From positions 96,001 to 160,000 of the forward strand of contig CAVPKK010000005.1 in assembly GCA_963705705.1 (NCBI GenBank): 64,000 nucleotides of DNA, given 5' to 3'. Both the position numbers and the translations under genes were made by a program. The number at the start of each line of letters is the position of its first letter. Position 1 is the stretch's first letter. The notes under the pieces were generated by a model, which ran no database searches, was not told the origin of the DNA, and saw only the letters and a list, made by a program, of their open reading frames with translations. The stretch comes from an uncultured bacterium. GTDB taxonomy: Bacteria > Babelota > Babeliae > Babelales > JABCYS01. Below are positions 49,531 to 61,600 of the stretch, piece by piece.

Positions 49531-51156
49531 ATGCAAATACAACCGCAAAGAACTCAAAAACCAATATTTCCACCTGAGCAGCCAAAGCAGGCAGAGCGGA
49601 TGCACACGCGTTCGATTCTGGCCAAGGCATTCCAGGTTGGTAGCTCTACCGTACTGAGTCGTGGCCTTGCGCTGGTGCGAGATAAATTACTTATCCAGTA
49701 CATGGGCACGGGGCTTGTGCAGGATGCTTTTCGGGTGGCATTTAAATTGCCAAATACCTTACGGCAGATCTTTGCTGAGGGTGCGTTGAGTCCTGTTGTG
49801 GTCCCAAGTATTGTTAAGCTGGAGCGGACTGGCGAGCGTGAGCAAGTGAACGGGCTCATGACATTATCGTTGCTTATATTCGAAGGCACTGTATCAGTTC
49901 TTTGTATCGCAGCATTTATATGGTCACCAACGGTGATTGGTTTGACGGCGCCGGGTTGGGGCGGTGATCAAGCATTATTGGCCGCTCGTCTCTTACGTAT
50001 TTTAGTTTCATACATTTTCTTCATTTCATGTAATTCATTGTTTGCAGGTGCGCTGCAGGCGGTGCATCACTTTCTTATTCCTGCGCTCACACCGGCCATC
50101 AATAATGTTTGCTTTATCGGCGGATTGGCAATATGCATGTTTTTTCAGCTACCGATCGAATATTTTTGTTTGTTCGTTCTCTTGGGTGGCTTTGTGCAAT
50201 TTGTGTTGCATTTAGGCATGTATTTAAAACTTGGGTTTCGATTCGGTTACATTACGCCGTTGACCTGGGTGCAATTCCGTCCAGTGATGGGAAAGTTTAT
50301 ACCGGCTATGATGAGCGGCGGCATGATGCAGCTGAGCTCGTTAGTCGATACCTATTATGCTTCATATCTCTTGGCTGGGTCAATCACGATTTTGGATCTC
50401 GCTTCCGGCTTTATGCGAATCCCATTAGGCATGATCGGTGTGGCCCTTTCGACCATTCTCTTATCTCATTTTTCACGCGTGGTTTTGTATGCACCAAAGC
50501 GTTTAAGCTTTTATTTGCTTGAATCGGCTAAGTTTATTCTGTGGCTCACGCTACCAATCATCTTGAGCATGATGCTGTTTTCGGAAAAAATCTTTTTAAC
50601 GCTGTACCATTCAGATAAATTTTCTATGATCCAAGTGACCGAAGCTGCCTTAGTGCTCAATGCATTTTTATTCGGCCTATTTTTCCATTCACTCAATAAG
50701 GTGCTTTTGAGTGTCTATTATGCCGCGCATCAGGTATGGATTCCGGCAGTGATAACATCCGTAGCTTTGGCGGTTAATATCATGCTTTGCAAATGGTGGG
50801 TGATGACTTTCCATGCCAAGGGATTGGCAATTGCTACTTCTGTTTCTGCGGCATTCCAGGCCATCTTTTTCATTGCGATGCTTAAATGGAAATTTAATTT
50901 CAAAATTTATGCGGGTGTATTTGGTATGTTTGTGATGCAGTATGTCTTGCAACTTCTTTTGGTTGGTGCTGGTTTTCTGGCCATATACCAGGCTTTACTA
51001 CTGCTCATAGATCGATTGCCTCAACAAATTGCCTTGCTGCTTACAACGTCGCTTCTTTTCTGGGGTTGGGTCTTGCCTTTGATGGCAGTTGCCGGTTATG
51101 TTCTTTACAGGACGCGGGATATTTTTAATATCCGCTTACATTTTGTAAAAGATTAG
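49531..51156 (+). CDS. murJ: Lipid II flippase MurJ/MviN
   Basis: LSRGLALVRD, DAFRVAFKLPNTLRQIFAEGAL, multi-TM. Confidence 0.93.
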   Translation: MQIQPQRTQKPIFPPEQPKQAERMHTRSILAKAFQVGSSTVLSRGLALVRDKLLIQYMGTGLVQDAFRVAFKLPNTLRQIFAEGALSPVVVPSIVKLERTGEREQVNGLMTLSLLIFEGTVSVLCIAAFIWSPTVIGLTAPGWGGDQALLAARLLRILVSYIFFISCNSLFAGALQAVHHFLIPALTPAINNVCFIGGLAICMFFQLPIEYFCLFVLLGGFVQFVLHLGMYLKLGFRFGYITPLTWVQFRPVMGKFIPAMMSGGMMQLSSLVDTYYASYLLAGSITILDLASGFMRIPLGMIGVALSTILLSHFSRVVLYAPKRLSFYLLESAKFILWLTLPIILSMMLFSEKIFLTLYHSDKFSMIQVTEAALVLNAFLFGLFFHSLNKVLLSVYYAAHQVWIPAVITSVALAVNIMLCKWWVMTFHAKGLAIATSVSAAFQAIFFIAMLKWKFNFKIYAGVFGMFVMQYVLQLLLVGAGFLAIYQALLLLIDRLPQQIALLLTTSLLFWGWVLPLMAVAGYVLYRTRDIFNIRLHFVKD

Positions 51157-51193
51157 GCATTCAAGTTTATTTCCGGAATTGGAGTAGTTAGTC

Positions 51194-51610
51194 GTGAAGC
51201 ATGAATTTTCAGCCGGAGTTATTGTCTTTTATCAGGGAAAAAATGGTCTTGAGTTTTTACTGATTTACGCAAAAATGACCAACTATTGGGGCTTTCCTAA
51301 GGGCAAAATCGAAAAAGGCGAAAGCAAGTATGATGCAGCCATTCGTGAAACCAAGGAAGAAACCGGCCTGGATGTAAAACTTATCCCACCATTTGAGCAT
51401 ACGATTTCTTATTTTTTTAGAGATAAAAAAGCCATGCTTATCAAGAAAATGGTCTACTTCTTTATCGGGCAAGCCACCAGCAAGCAAATTACCTTATCTC
51501 GCGAGCATGATGAGTTTGTATGGTTACCCTATGCCGAAGCACGCGCCAAGATAACCTATGATAATGATAGCGAAGCCTTCGAGCGCGCTGTCGCATTTCT
51601 GAAGGAATGA
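51194..51610 (+). CDS. Nudix hydrolase (Ap4A hydrolase-like)
   Basis: SAGVIV, WGFPKGKIEKGESKYDAAIRETKEETG Nudix box, LSREH. Confidence 0.9.
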   Translation: MKHEFSAGVIVFYQGKNGLEFLLIYAKMTNYWGFPKGKIEKGESKYDAAIRETKEETGLDVKLIPPFEHTISYFFRDKKAMLIKKMVYFFIGQATSKQITLSREHDEFVWLPYAEARAKITYDNDSEAFERAVAFLKE

Positions 51611-51637
51611 GAATCCAAAATCGGTAGTTTTTCCAGC

Positions 51638-51665
51638 AAAAAAGGCCCAGTTGATAACGGGCCTT
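51638..51665 (-). terminator. Intrinsic terminator
   Basis: Minus strand AAGGCCCGTTATCAACTGGGCCTTTTTT. Confidence 0.65.
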
Positions 51666-51686
51666 CAGTTTTGCTGTAATCAGTAC

Positions 51687-52046
51687 TTATTGTTTTATTT
51701 CAGCTATATCATGCCGAATGGTACCGAGCTCTGTATCTATGGCCAAAAGCTCTTCCCATAGGCTTTCGATAAGCTCCATGAAGAGGCCAGCCTGTTGCTG
51801 TGTTTTCAGTTCTTCTGCATTGTTGGGGCTTGTGGGTTTAAAAGCTTCTTCGGCCACAGACATTACCTTTTTGAAATTTTTCGATCTTTGTATTCGCTCT
51901 GCTCTTCTAGCCAGTAGCGATTCCTTAATGGGTTCCTTCGCTGAGGACTTTTGAGTTGATTCGCTCATTGGGGCAGAAGAGTTAGCGCAGATGTTGCCGC
52001 TCATGATCAGGCCTATTGATAATAAAAATAGTGCATTTTTCTTCAT
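51687..52046 (-). CDS. Small secreted hypothetical protein
   Basis: Signal peptide MKKNALFLLSIGLIMSGNICA; helical C-terminus. Confidence 0.7.
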   Translation of the reverse strand: MKKNALFLLSIGLIMSGNICANSSAPMSESTQKSSAKEPIKESLLARRAERIQRSKNFKKVMSVAEEAFKPTSPNNAEELKTQQQAGLFMELIESLWEELLAIDTELGTIRHDIAEIKQ

Positions 52047-52273
52047 TTAGTCTCTTTCTTTAGTTAATTGCGTTAATTAAAATATTTATTTCCAATGCTA
52101 ATTGTAATATTGGAATAGAGACAAAAGCAAGAGTTTGTGGAAAAATCTGCCATGATGTGTAGCAGTGCTGTGCCTATTGTTTTAACAATAAAACTTATTA
52201 CGTAGAGCCGATTGGTTTTTGCCGATCAAACCCCTTAAGCTTGTTGTTATTGCAACATTGTTGAGGGTTATGC

Positions 52274-53812
52274 ATGCACAGTAAAGTTTTTTCCGCGACC
52301 ACTATAGGAGTAGATGCTCATTTGGTAGAAGTTGAGGTTGATCTTTCGGGCGGTATGCTGGAATTTCATATCGTTGGGCTACCAGATACCACTATTAAGG
52401 AAAGTAAGCGGCGGATCTTAACGGCGCTGAAAAATACTGGCCTGAGACTTCCCGAGAAAAAAATCACCGTTAACCTCGCACCGGCCGACTTAAAAAAAGA
52501 GGGAACACTCTTTGATCTGCCTATCGCAATCGGTCTATTACAAGCAGCCGGGATGGTTAATCTCACACCCAAGTTCCTGCAAGAAACTATTATCATCGGT
52601 GAGCTTTCGCTTGATGGTTCCATTCGGCCTATAAAAGGCACATTGCCTATCGCTTGTGATCTTCTTCGTTTAAATAAAAAGCGGATTATTGTGCCGCAGG
52701 CAAATGCACATGAAGTTGCTATCATCGCCGGCATTGAGCGTTATGGGGTTTCGCATCTTGTGGAGCTGGTTGCCTTTTTGCGGCAAGAGCATTTCATATT
52801 ACCCATTGAACAGATGATGCCGATAACAACGGTTCAAGATTGTGATATTGATTTTGGTCAGGTCAAAGGACAACGCCAGGCGAAACGCGCATTACAAATA
52901 GCAGCTGCTGGTAGGCATCATATCATGTTTATCGGGCCGCCAGGTGCGGGTAAGAGCATGTTGGCCAAAAGATTGGGAACTATTTTGCCGGCTATGCCAC
53001 TCGAAGAGATGGTTGAAACAGGCAAAATTTATTCGGTCAGTGGCAAAATGCCTACGCGCACTTTTTTAACCGCACGACCTTTTCGATCGCCGCATCATAC
53101 TATTTCACAAGCCGGATTGGTCGGCGGTGGCAGTTTCCCGCAGCCAGGTGAAATTAGCTTGGCGCATCATGGCGTTTTATTTTTAGATGAATTGACTGAA
53201 TTCCGACGGACAACACTGGAAGCATTACGAGAACCGCTTGAAAATCGTGTGATCACTATTGCGCGAGCGCAGCAGTCTATTAGTTATCCTGCGCACGTTT
53301 TACTGGTTGCGGCGATGAATCCATGTCCCTGTGGTTTTTATGGCGATCGAAAAAAAACGTGTCATTGCCAACCTAAAAAGATCCAGCGCTATTTAGAAAA
53401 AATATCCGGGCCGTTGCTCGATCGCATCGATTTGCAGGTCGCCGTCCAAGGTGTTAGCTATGATACCGTAGTAGAACGGACTGCCGATCCTGTTAATTCA
53501 GCTACCCTGCAAGAAGGCGTAACGAAAGCCGTGCTTCGTCAGCAAAAGAGATTTGGCTCACCAACCACTTTTAATGCCATGATGACCAGCACGCAAGTTG
53601 ATCAATTTTGTATTATGAGTGCGGATGCGCAACAACTCATCAAGCAGGCATTTGAGCGATTAAGCTTGAGCATGCGGGGATATCACAAAATATTGAAAAT
53701 TGCTCGCACAATTGCCGATATTGATGGTCATGAGAATATTGATGTTCCCTGTATTCAAGAAGCTTTGGCATACCGATCTCTGGATCAGTATCTAGAAAAG
53801 ATATGGATTTAG
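52274..53812 (+). CDS. comM: YifB/ComM Mg-chelatase-like AAA+ ATPase
   Basis: ITVNLAPADLKKEG, GPPGAGKSM, RPFRSPHH, LFLDELTEF, MNPCPCG. Confidence 0.93.
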   Translation: MHSKVFSATTIGVDAHLVEVEVDLSGGMLEFHIVGLPDTTIKESKRRILTALKNTGLRLPEKKITVNLAPADLKKEGTLFDLPIAIGLLQAAGMVNLTPKFLQETIIIGELSLDGSIRPIKGTLPIACDLLRLNKKRIIVPQANAHEVAIIAGIERYGVSHLVELVAFLRQEHFILPIEQMMPITTVQDCDIDFGQVKGQRQAKRALQIAAAGRHHIMFIGPPGAGKSMLAKRLGTILPAMPLEEMVETGKIYSVSGKMPTRTFLTARPFRSPHHTISQAGLVGGGSFPQPGEISLAHHGVLFLDELTEFRRTTLEALREPLENRVITIARAQQSISYPAHVLLVAAMNPCPCGFYGDRKKTCHCQPKKIQRYLEKISGPLLDRIDLQVAVQGVSYDTVVERTADPVNSATLQEGVTKAVLRQQKRFGSPTTFNAMMTSTQVDQFCIMSADAQQLIKQAFERLSLSMRGYHKILKIARTIADIDGHENIDVPCIQEALAYRSLDQYLEKIWI

Positions 53813-53814
53813 TA

Positions 53815-54192
53815 ATGATTGTAGGCCTTGGGACTGATATTATTGAGATTGAACGCTTTGCCCGATGGCATACCTATTTCGAGAAAAGATTGGCCAAAAT
53901 TTTCTCTGCCGATGAGATTGCTTATTGCTTGGCTACCCCCGAGTTGGCGGCACAACGGTTCGCAGTTCGCTTTGCGGCCAAAGAGGCATTGTATAAGGCT
54001 CTATCAACGGCTGGGGCACAGGTTCAATTCTTTACCCTTTGTAATGCTGCCGAAATTACTAAGGTGAAACAACTTCCCCTTCTACAGATTAACTGGTTAA
54101 AATTGGGATTGCCTCCGACGCAGGTCCATTTAAGCTTAAGTCACAATAAAACAATGGCTCAGGCAGTAGTGGTTCTGGAATCTGCTGCTTAA
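53815..54192 (+). CDS. acpS: Holo-ACP synthase
   Basis: GLGTDIIEIERF, RFAAKEALYKAL, LSLSH. Confidence 0.92.
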   Translation: MIVGLGTDIIEIERFARWHTYFEKRLAKIFSADEIAYCLATPELAAQRFAVRFAAKEALYKALSTAGAQVQFFTLCNAAEITKVKQLPLLQINWLKLGLPPTQVHLSLSHNKTMAQAVVVLESAA

Positions 54193-54237
54193 TCTGACTA
54201 ATTCCTATATATTAATACTGAATTTTCACGTCATTCT

Positions 54238-54273
54238 CGCGCTATATCCTTCGATTAACTCAGGATGAGCGCG
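54238..54273 (-). repeat. Palindromic repeat core, intergenic
   Basis: CGCGCTATATCCTTCGATTAACTCAGGATGAGCGCG. Confidence 0.92.
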
Positions 54274-54323
54274 GCTGGGCCGTGCGATCGTATAGAATTC
54301 AATTCTTTTGGACAGTGTAACCC

Positions 54324-55412
54324 ATGTTAATCGATGATTTGCGCGAGCAACTAAAACAACTAGAACCCGATCTCCAGGCAGTAATCTCATTTTGGGAGCG
54401 TGCTGGCTTGGAAAAAGAGTATTTGCAGTTCAATGCGGCAGTTGAACAGGAGGATTTTTGGCAAAATCCTAAGCAAACTGAGATCAAGCAAAAATTACAA
54501 CGGGTTAAACTGCAACGTGAAACCTATCTGACCATTACTAAAGGTTATCAGGAGCTCAAGGAGCTTATCGAGCTCTTTGGGGCAGATGAATCAGAATTGA
54601 AAAAACTGGAATCTGATATTGCCCGGCTCAAGCAACATCTTGCATCATTTAAAATCTCTCTTCTTTTGAGTGAGCCACAGGATCATGCAGCTGCTTTTTT
54701 GAGTATCAATGCAGGCGCGGGTGGAACTGAGTCTCAAGATTGGGCAGCCATGCTTTTACGTATGTATCTCCGCTTTTGCGAAGAGGAAAAATTTAATGCG
54801 CAGCTCATTGATTACCAACCAGGTGAACAAGCGGGTATTAAATCAGCGTCTCTTTTTGTTAAGGGTGATAATGCATATGGTTTGCTCAAAAGTGAGCATG
54901 GTATTCATAGGCTTGTGCGTATTTCGCCATTCGATGCTGCAAAACGCCGTCACACGTCTTTTGCTGGCGTATCGGTTATGCCTGAGGTGCCGCAAGAAGA
55001 GATCACTATTGATACCAAGGATTTGCGCATTGATACCTACCGGGCCGGCGGCGCGGGTGGTCAGCACGTAAATAAAACTGAATCTGCAGTGCGTATTACT
55101 CATATTCCGACTAACAGTGTAGTGCAATGCCAGAGCGAACGCTCGCAACATCAAAATAAAGAAACTGCCATGAAGATGCTCATGGCGAAACTTGCACAAA
55201 AGCAGCATGAAGAAAAGTTGGCAAAATCGGCTGCAGTTGAAAAAAAGAAGATTGAATGGGGATCGCAAATCCGCTCATACGTTTTGCATCCATACAAAAT
55301 GGTCAAAGATCATCGAACCGATGTTGAATCACCACAACCAGATCTCGTGTTGGATGGAGCACTTACGCCTTTCATTGAAGCTTATCTTTTGTGGTCGGCC
55401 CACGCGAAATAG
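54324..55412 (+). CDS. prfB: Peptide chain release factor 2 (uninterrupted ORF)
   Basis: GAGGTESQDWA, RISPF, GAGGQHVN, WGSQIRSY. Confidence 0.96.
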   Translation: MLIDDLREQLKQLEPDLQAVISFWERAGLEKEYLQFNAAVEQEDFWQNPKQTEIKQKLQRVKLQRETYLTITKGYQELKELIELFGADESELKKLESDIARLKQHLASFKISLLLSEPQDHAAAFLSINAGAGGTESQDWAAMLLRMYLRFCEEEKFNAQLIDYQPGEQAGIKSASLFVKGDNAYGLLKSEHGIHRLVRISPFDAAKRRHTSFAGVSVMPEVPQEEITIDTKDLRIDTYRAGGAGGQHVNKTESAVRITHIPTNSVVQCQSERSQHQNKETAMKMLMAKLAQKQHEEKLAKSAAVEKKKIEWGSQIRSYVLHPYKMVKDHRTDVESPQPDLVLDGALTPFIEAYLLWSAHAK

Positions 55413-55601
55413 AGAATCGCTGTATTTTTTTGCAGAGCAGCATAAAAACAATTAATCCTTTGCATGACGAGTTTTTGTTTTGCAGCCGCGCTTTTCTCCG
55501 TATTTGAACATCTGGCTCCTTCTTTGCTGCATTGACTTTCTGGCAGATCCTGAAAATATGTGCGGCATTATTGCTGTTTTTAAAAGCATGAGAGCCATTC
55601 T

Positions 55602-58600
55602 ATGAAGTTAAAACTCCAATCACAATTGTGCAAAAAAATATCTTTATTTCTCACCTGTATCTTCGCATTTCAACCACCGATATTAGCTCTCGCAATACCT
55701 CCTTCTGTGAATATAGTTCACCCGGCGGATGAATTTGAAGATATTGAAAATCTTATACGCCAATTGGATGAGCAAGCATTTGGTACAAACTTTAATGAAT
55801 CGGAACTTCGTAAATTTGTCATACGGATACACAACAGCGCTGAAAGATTAAATCTTGTCGATCGGCTCCCTTCTTTGTTTCTTGAATGCCGTGCATTGAT
55901 AAGTTCCGATTCGGCTAAAGTGCGTCGTGATGACCTTGTGCTTGCATTGTATGACGTCATCAAGTGGGTTGCTGATGAAGTAGAGCTCAATGGCAGCCAT
56001 GCTAATCCAGCGCTAGATATACTTGCGGTACTAAAAAATCGGGACAAAACAACCTATCAAGAATCGGTTCTGAGTATTTTGGACGAGGCCAGCGTATTTC
56101 TCGGATCAGCTGAGCCAGCACTTATTACTTTAAGCCAACTCAAAGAAGTATATGCCGATGGTAGTGACAATAATGAATTTTTTAATGAAGGTGTATTGCG
56201 CCTGGCAACCCGAGGAAGCAGCTGTCTGCGACCTAAGGTTGAGGATTGTTGCGCAGGCACTTTCACTGCGCTGGCCGATATCAAGGCTGAGCTGGTTGAA
56301 GACTTTAATGGTACATTCACCGTTCTTAATGAAATCCTAACGCAAGGTGTACAGGTTGATCTTTCTAGTGTCTTTACATTCTTAGTGGATATTAAAACTG
56401 AGTTGGTTGAGGATTTTAACGGTACGTTCAGTGAACTAATTGATATCAAGTCTGAGCTTGTGGCTGATTTCAATGGTACCTTCTCGATGCTTAAAGCAAT
56501 CGAAGCATGTGCATGTGCTGCTTTATCTTGTGATCTTTCGGGCGTATTCACATTCTTAGTGGACATTAAGACTGAATTAGTCGACGACTTTAATGGTACG
56601 TTCAGTGAGCTAATAGATATCAAAACTGAGCTGGTACAAGATTTTAATGGCACCTTCACTGTGTTAGCGGATATTCAAGCGACATTGACTTCAATTCTTG
56701 GATTTGATTTTAATGGTACGTTCAGCGAGTTGATCGACATCAAAATCGAACTGGTTCAAGACTTTAATGGTACATTCTCAATGCTTAAAGCAATTGAAGA
56801 ATGTGCATGTGCGGCTTCATCTTGTGATCTTTCAGGGGTATACACTATTCTAAATGATATTAAGACTGAGCTGGTTGAGGATTTCAATGGTACCTTCAGT
56901 GAATTAATTGATATCAAATCTGAGCTGGTCGCCGATTTCAATGGTACGTTCACAACCCTAGCAGATCTCGAAGTGCTAATCATTGATGAGTTCAATGGAA
57001 CATTCAGTGAGCTTATAGATATTAAGACCGAGTTAGTTCAAGACTTCAATGGAACCTTTAGTGTGCTAGCGGATATTCAAGCAACACTGACTTCAATTCT
57101 TGGATTTGATTTCAATGGTACGTTCAGCGAGTTGATTGATATCAAGACTGAATTGGTTGCAGACTTCAATGGTACCTTCACAATGTTAGTATCTATTGAA
57201 GATGAGATCACCAACGATTTCAATGGTACGTTTAGTGAGCTTATAGATATCAAAACTGAGTTGGTTCAAAATTTTAATGGCACGTTCAGCGTACTAGCGG
57301 ATATTCAAGCAACATTGACGTCAATTATTGGATTTGATTTCAATGGTACATTCAGTGAGTTAATCGATATAAAGGCCGAACTAGTACAAGGCTTTAATGG
57401 CACATTCACCGTGCTTGAAGATATTTTGGTAACACTCATTGCCGACTTTAATGGTACGTTCAGTGAATTAATCGATATTAAAACTGAGTTGGTCGCCGAC
57501 TTCAACGGCACGTTCACCATGCTGAATGCTATTGAAGATGACATCGTTTCAGACTTCAATGGCACATTCACAGTCCTAGCAGATCTCGAAGCGCTAATCA
57601 TTGATGACTTCAACGGCACATTCAGTGAGCTTATAGATATAAAGACCGAGTTGGTTCAGGACTTCAATGGCACATTCACTGTGCTAGCAGACATTCAAGC
57701 AACACTAACATCAATTCTTGGATTTGATTTTAATGGCACATTCAGCGAGTTGATCGATATAAAGATTGAGCTGGTTCAAGACTTTAATGGTACATTCTCA
57801 ATGCTTAAAGCAATTGAAGAATGCGCATGTGCAGCTTCATCTTGTGATCTTTCGGGAGTATTCACATTCCTAGCTGACATTAAGACCGAGTTGGTTGACG
57901 ATTTTAATGGTACATTTAGTGAGTTGATCGATATTAAGACTGAATTGGTTGCAGACTTCAACGGCACGTTCACAATGTTAGTATCTATTGAAGATGAGAT
58001 TACCAACGATTTCAACGGTACGTTTAGTGAACTTATAGATATCAAAACTGAGTTGGTTCAAAATTTTAACGGCACATTCAGTGAGCTAATTGATATAAAG
58101 ACCGAGTTGGTTCAGGACTTCAATGGCACATTCACTGTGCTAGCAGACATTCAAGCAACACTGACTTCATTTCTTGGATTTGATTTTAATGGCACATTCA
58201 GCGAGTTGATCGATATAAAGACTGAGCTGATTCAAGACTTTAATGGTACATTCTCAATGCTTAAAGCAATTGAAGAATGCGCTTGTGCTGCTTCATCTTG
58301 CGATCTTTCGGGAGTATTCACATTCTTAACTGATATTAAGACGGAGTTGGTCGACGACTTTAATGGTACATTCAGTGAGTTGATCGATATAAAGACGGAG
58401 CTTGTTGCGGACTTTAATGGGACGTTCACAATCCTAGCGGACCTCGAATCACTTATCGTTGATGACTTCAACGGCACGTTCAGTGAACTTATAGATATAA
58501 AGACTGAGCTAGTTCAAAACTTTAATGGCACGTTCACCGTGCTAGCGGACATTCAAGCAACATTGACTTCAATTATTGGATTTGATTTCAATGGTACATT

Positions 58601-61600
58601 CAGTGAGTTAATCGATATCAAGACCGAGCTCGTCCAAGGTTTTAATGGCACATTCACAATGCTGGTATCTATTGAGGATGAAATTATTAACGACTTCAAT
58701 GGTACTTTTAGTGAGCTAATAGATATCAAAACTGAGCTAATTCAAGACTTTAATGGAACCTTCAGTGAATTGATCGATATCAAGACTGAGTTGGTCGCCG
58801 AATTCAACGGCACATTCACAATGTTGAATAATATTCTGGAAAGTCTTAATGACGACATTGAATCTGACTTTAATGGCACATTCACCGTCCTAGCAGGTAT
58901 TGAAGCGCTAATCATTGATGAGTTCAATGGAACATTCAGTGAGCTGATTGATATCAAATCTGAACTTGTATCTAACTTCAATGGTACTTTCAGTGAACTT
59001 ATAGATATCAAAACCGAGCTGGTTCAAGATTTCAATGGCACCTTCACTGTACTTGCAGATATTCAAGCAACACTGACTTCATTTCTTGGATTTGATTTTA
59101 ACGGCACGTTCAGCGAGTTGATCGATATAAAGGCTGAGCTGGTCCAAGGCTTTAATGGTACATTCACAACCCTAGCCGATCTCGAAGCACTAATCATTGA
59201 TGAGTTCAATGGAACTTTTAGTGAGTTGATTGATATTAAATCTGAGCTTGTATCTAACTTCAATGGTACTTTCAGTGAGCTTATAGATATAAAGACCGAG
59301 TTGGTTCAAGATTTTAATGGCACGTTCACTGTGCTAGCGGACATACAAGCTACATTGACTTCATTTATTGGATTTGATTTTAACGGCACATTCAGTGAAT
59401 TGATCGATATAAAGACTGAACTAGTACAAGGCTTTAATGGCACATTCACAATGCTGGTATCTATTGAAGATGAGATTACTAATGACTTCAATGGTACTTT
59501 TAGTGAGCTAATAGATATCAAAACTGAGTTGGTTCAAAATTTTAACGGTACATTCAGTGAATTAATCGATATCAAGACTGAGTTAATCGCCGACTTCAAC
59601 GGCACATTCACAATGTTGAATAATATTCTGGAAAGTCTTAATGACGACATTGAATCTGACTTTAATGGCACATTCACCGTCCTAGCAGGTATTGAAGCGC
59701 TAATCATTGATGAGTTCAATGGAACATTCAGTGAACTTATAGATATTAAGACCGAGTTAGTTCAAGACTTCAATGGAACTTTTAGTGAATTAATCGATAT
59801 CAAGACTGAGTTGGTGCAGAACTTCAACGGCACCTTCACTGTGCTAGCAGACATTCAAGCAACATTAACTTCAATTTTTGGATTTGATTTCAATGGCACG
59901 TTCAGCGAGCTAATCGATATAAAGACTGAGCTAGTCCAAGGCTTCAATGGCACATTCACCATGTTGAATGCTATTGAGGTTGAGATTACTAACGACTTCA
60001 ATGGTACTTTTACTGAGCTAATAGATATAAAAACCGAGTTAGTTCAAAATTTTAACGGTACATTCAGTGAATTAATCGATATCAAGACTGAGTTAGTCGC
60101 CGACTTCAATGGCACATTCACAATGTTGAATGCTATTGAGGATGATATTGTTTCAGACTTCAATGGTACGTTCACAACCCTAGCAAATCTTGAAGCACTA
60201 ATCATTGATGAGTTCAATGGCACCTTCAGTGAGTTGATTGATATAAAATCTGAGCTTGTATCTAACTTCAATGGTACTTTCAGTGAACTTATAGATATAA
60301 AGATTGAGTTGGTGCAGGACTTCAATGGCACATTCACTGTGCTAGCAGACATTCAAGCAACATTAACTTCAATTTTTGGATTTGATTTCAATGGCACGTT
60401 CAGTGAATTAATCGATATCAAGACTGAGTTGGTTCAAGGCTTTAATGGCACCTTCACAGTACTAGCAGATCTTGAAGCGCTAATCATTGACGAATTCAAT
60501 GGTACCTTCAGCGAATTAATCGATATCAAGACGGAATTGGTTGCTGACTTTAATGGCACATTCTCAACCCTTGAATTTATCGAAGAGCTTATTGTAGATG
60601 AGTTTAATGGTACCTTCAGTGAGCTTATAGATATAAAAACCGAGCTGGTTCAAAACTTTAATGGCACGTTCACCGTGTTAGCGGATATTCAAGCAACATT
60701 GACTTCAATTATAGGATTTGATTTCAATGGTACATTCAGTGAGTTAATTGATATAAAGGCCGAACTAGTACAAGGCTTTAATGGCACATTCACCGTGCTT
60801 GAAGATATCTTGGTAACACTCATTGCCGACTTTAATGGTACGTTCAGTGAATTGATTGATATTAAGTCTGAATTGGTTGCCGACTTCAATGGCACATTCA
60901 CCATGCTGAATGCTATTGAGGATGATATTGAATCTGGCTTTAATGGTACGTTCACAACCCTAGCAGATCTCGAAGCGCTAATCATTGATGAGTTCAATGG
61001 AACATTCAGTGAGCTTATAGATATTAAGACCGAGTTAGTTCAAGACTTCAATGGAACCTTCAGTGAGTTGATCGATATCAAGACTGAGTTGGTCGCTTAC
61101 TTCAATGGTACCTTCACAATGTTGAATGCTATTGAGGATGATATTGTTTCAGACTTCAATGGTACGTTCACAACCCTAGCAAATCTCGAAGTTCTAATCA
61201 TTGATGACTTCAATGGCACGTTCAGTGAGCTTATAGATATAAAGACCGAGTTAGTTCAAGACTTCAATGGCACCTTCACTGTGCTAGCAGATATTCAAGC
61301 AACACTGACTTCAATTCTTGGATTTGATTTCAATGGCACATTCAGTGAATTGATCGATATTAAGACTGAGTTGGTACAGAACTTCAACGGCACATTTACA
61401 ATGTTGAATGCTATTGAAGATGACATTGTTTCAGACTTCAATGGTACATTCACAGTGCTAGCAGATCTCGAGGCGCTAATCATTGACGACTTCAACGGCA
61501 CATTCAGTGAGCTTATAGATATAAAGACCGAGTTGGTTCAAGATTTTAATGGCACCTTCACCGTGCTAGCGGACATTCAAGCAACACTGACTTCAATTCT

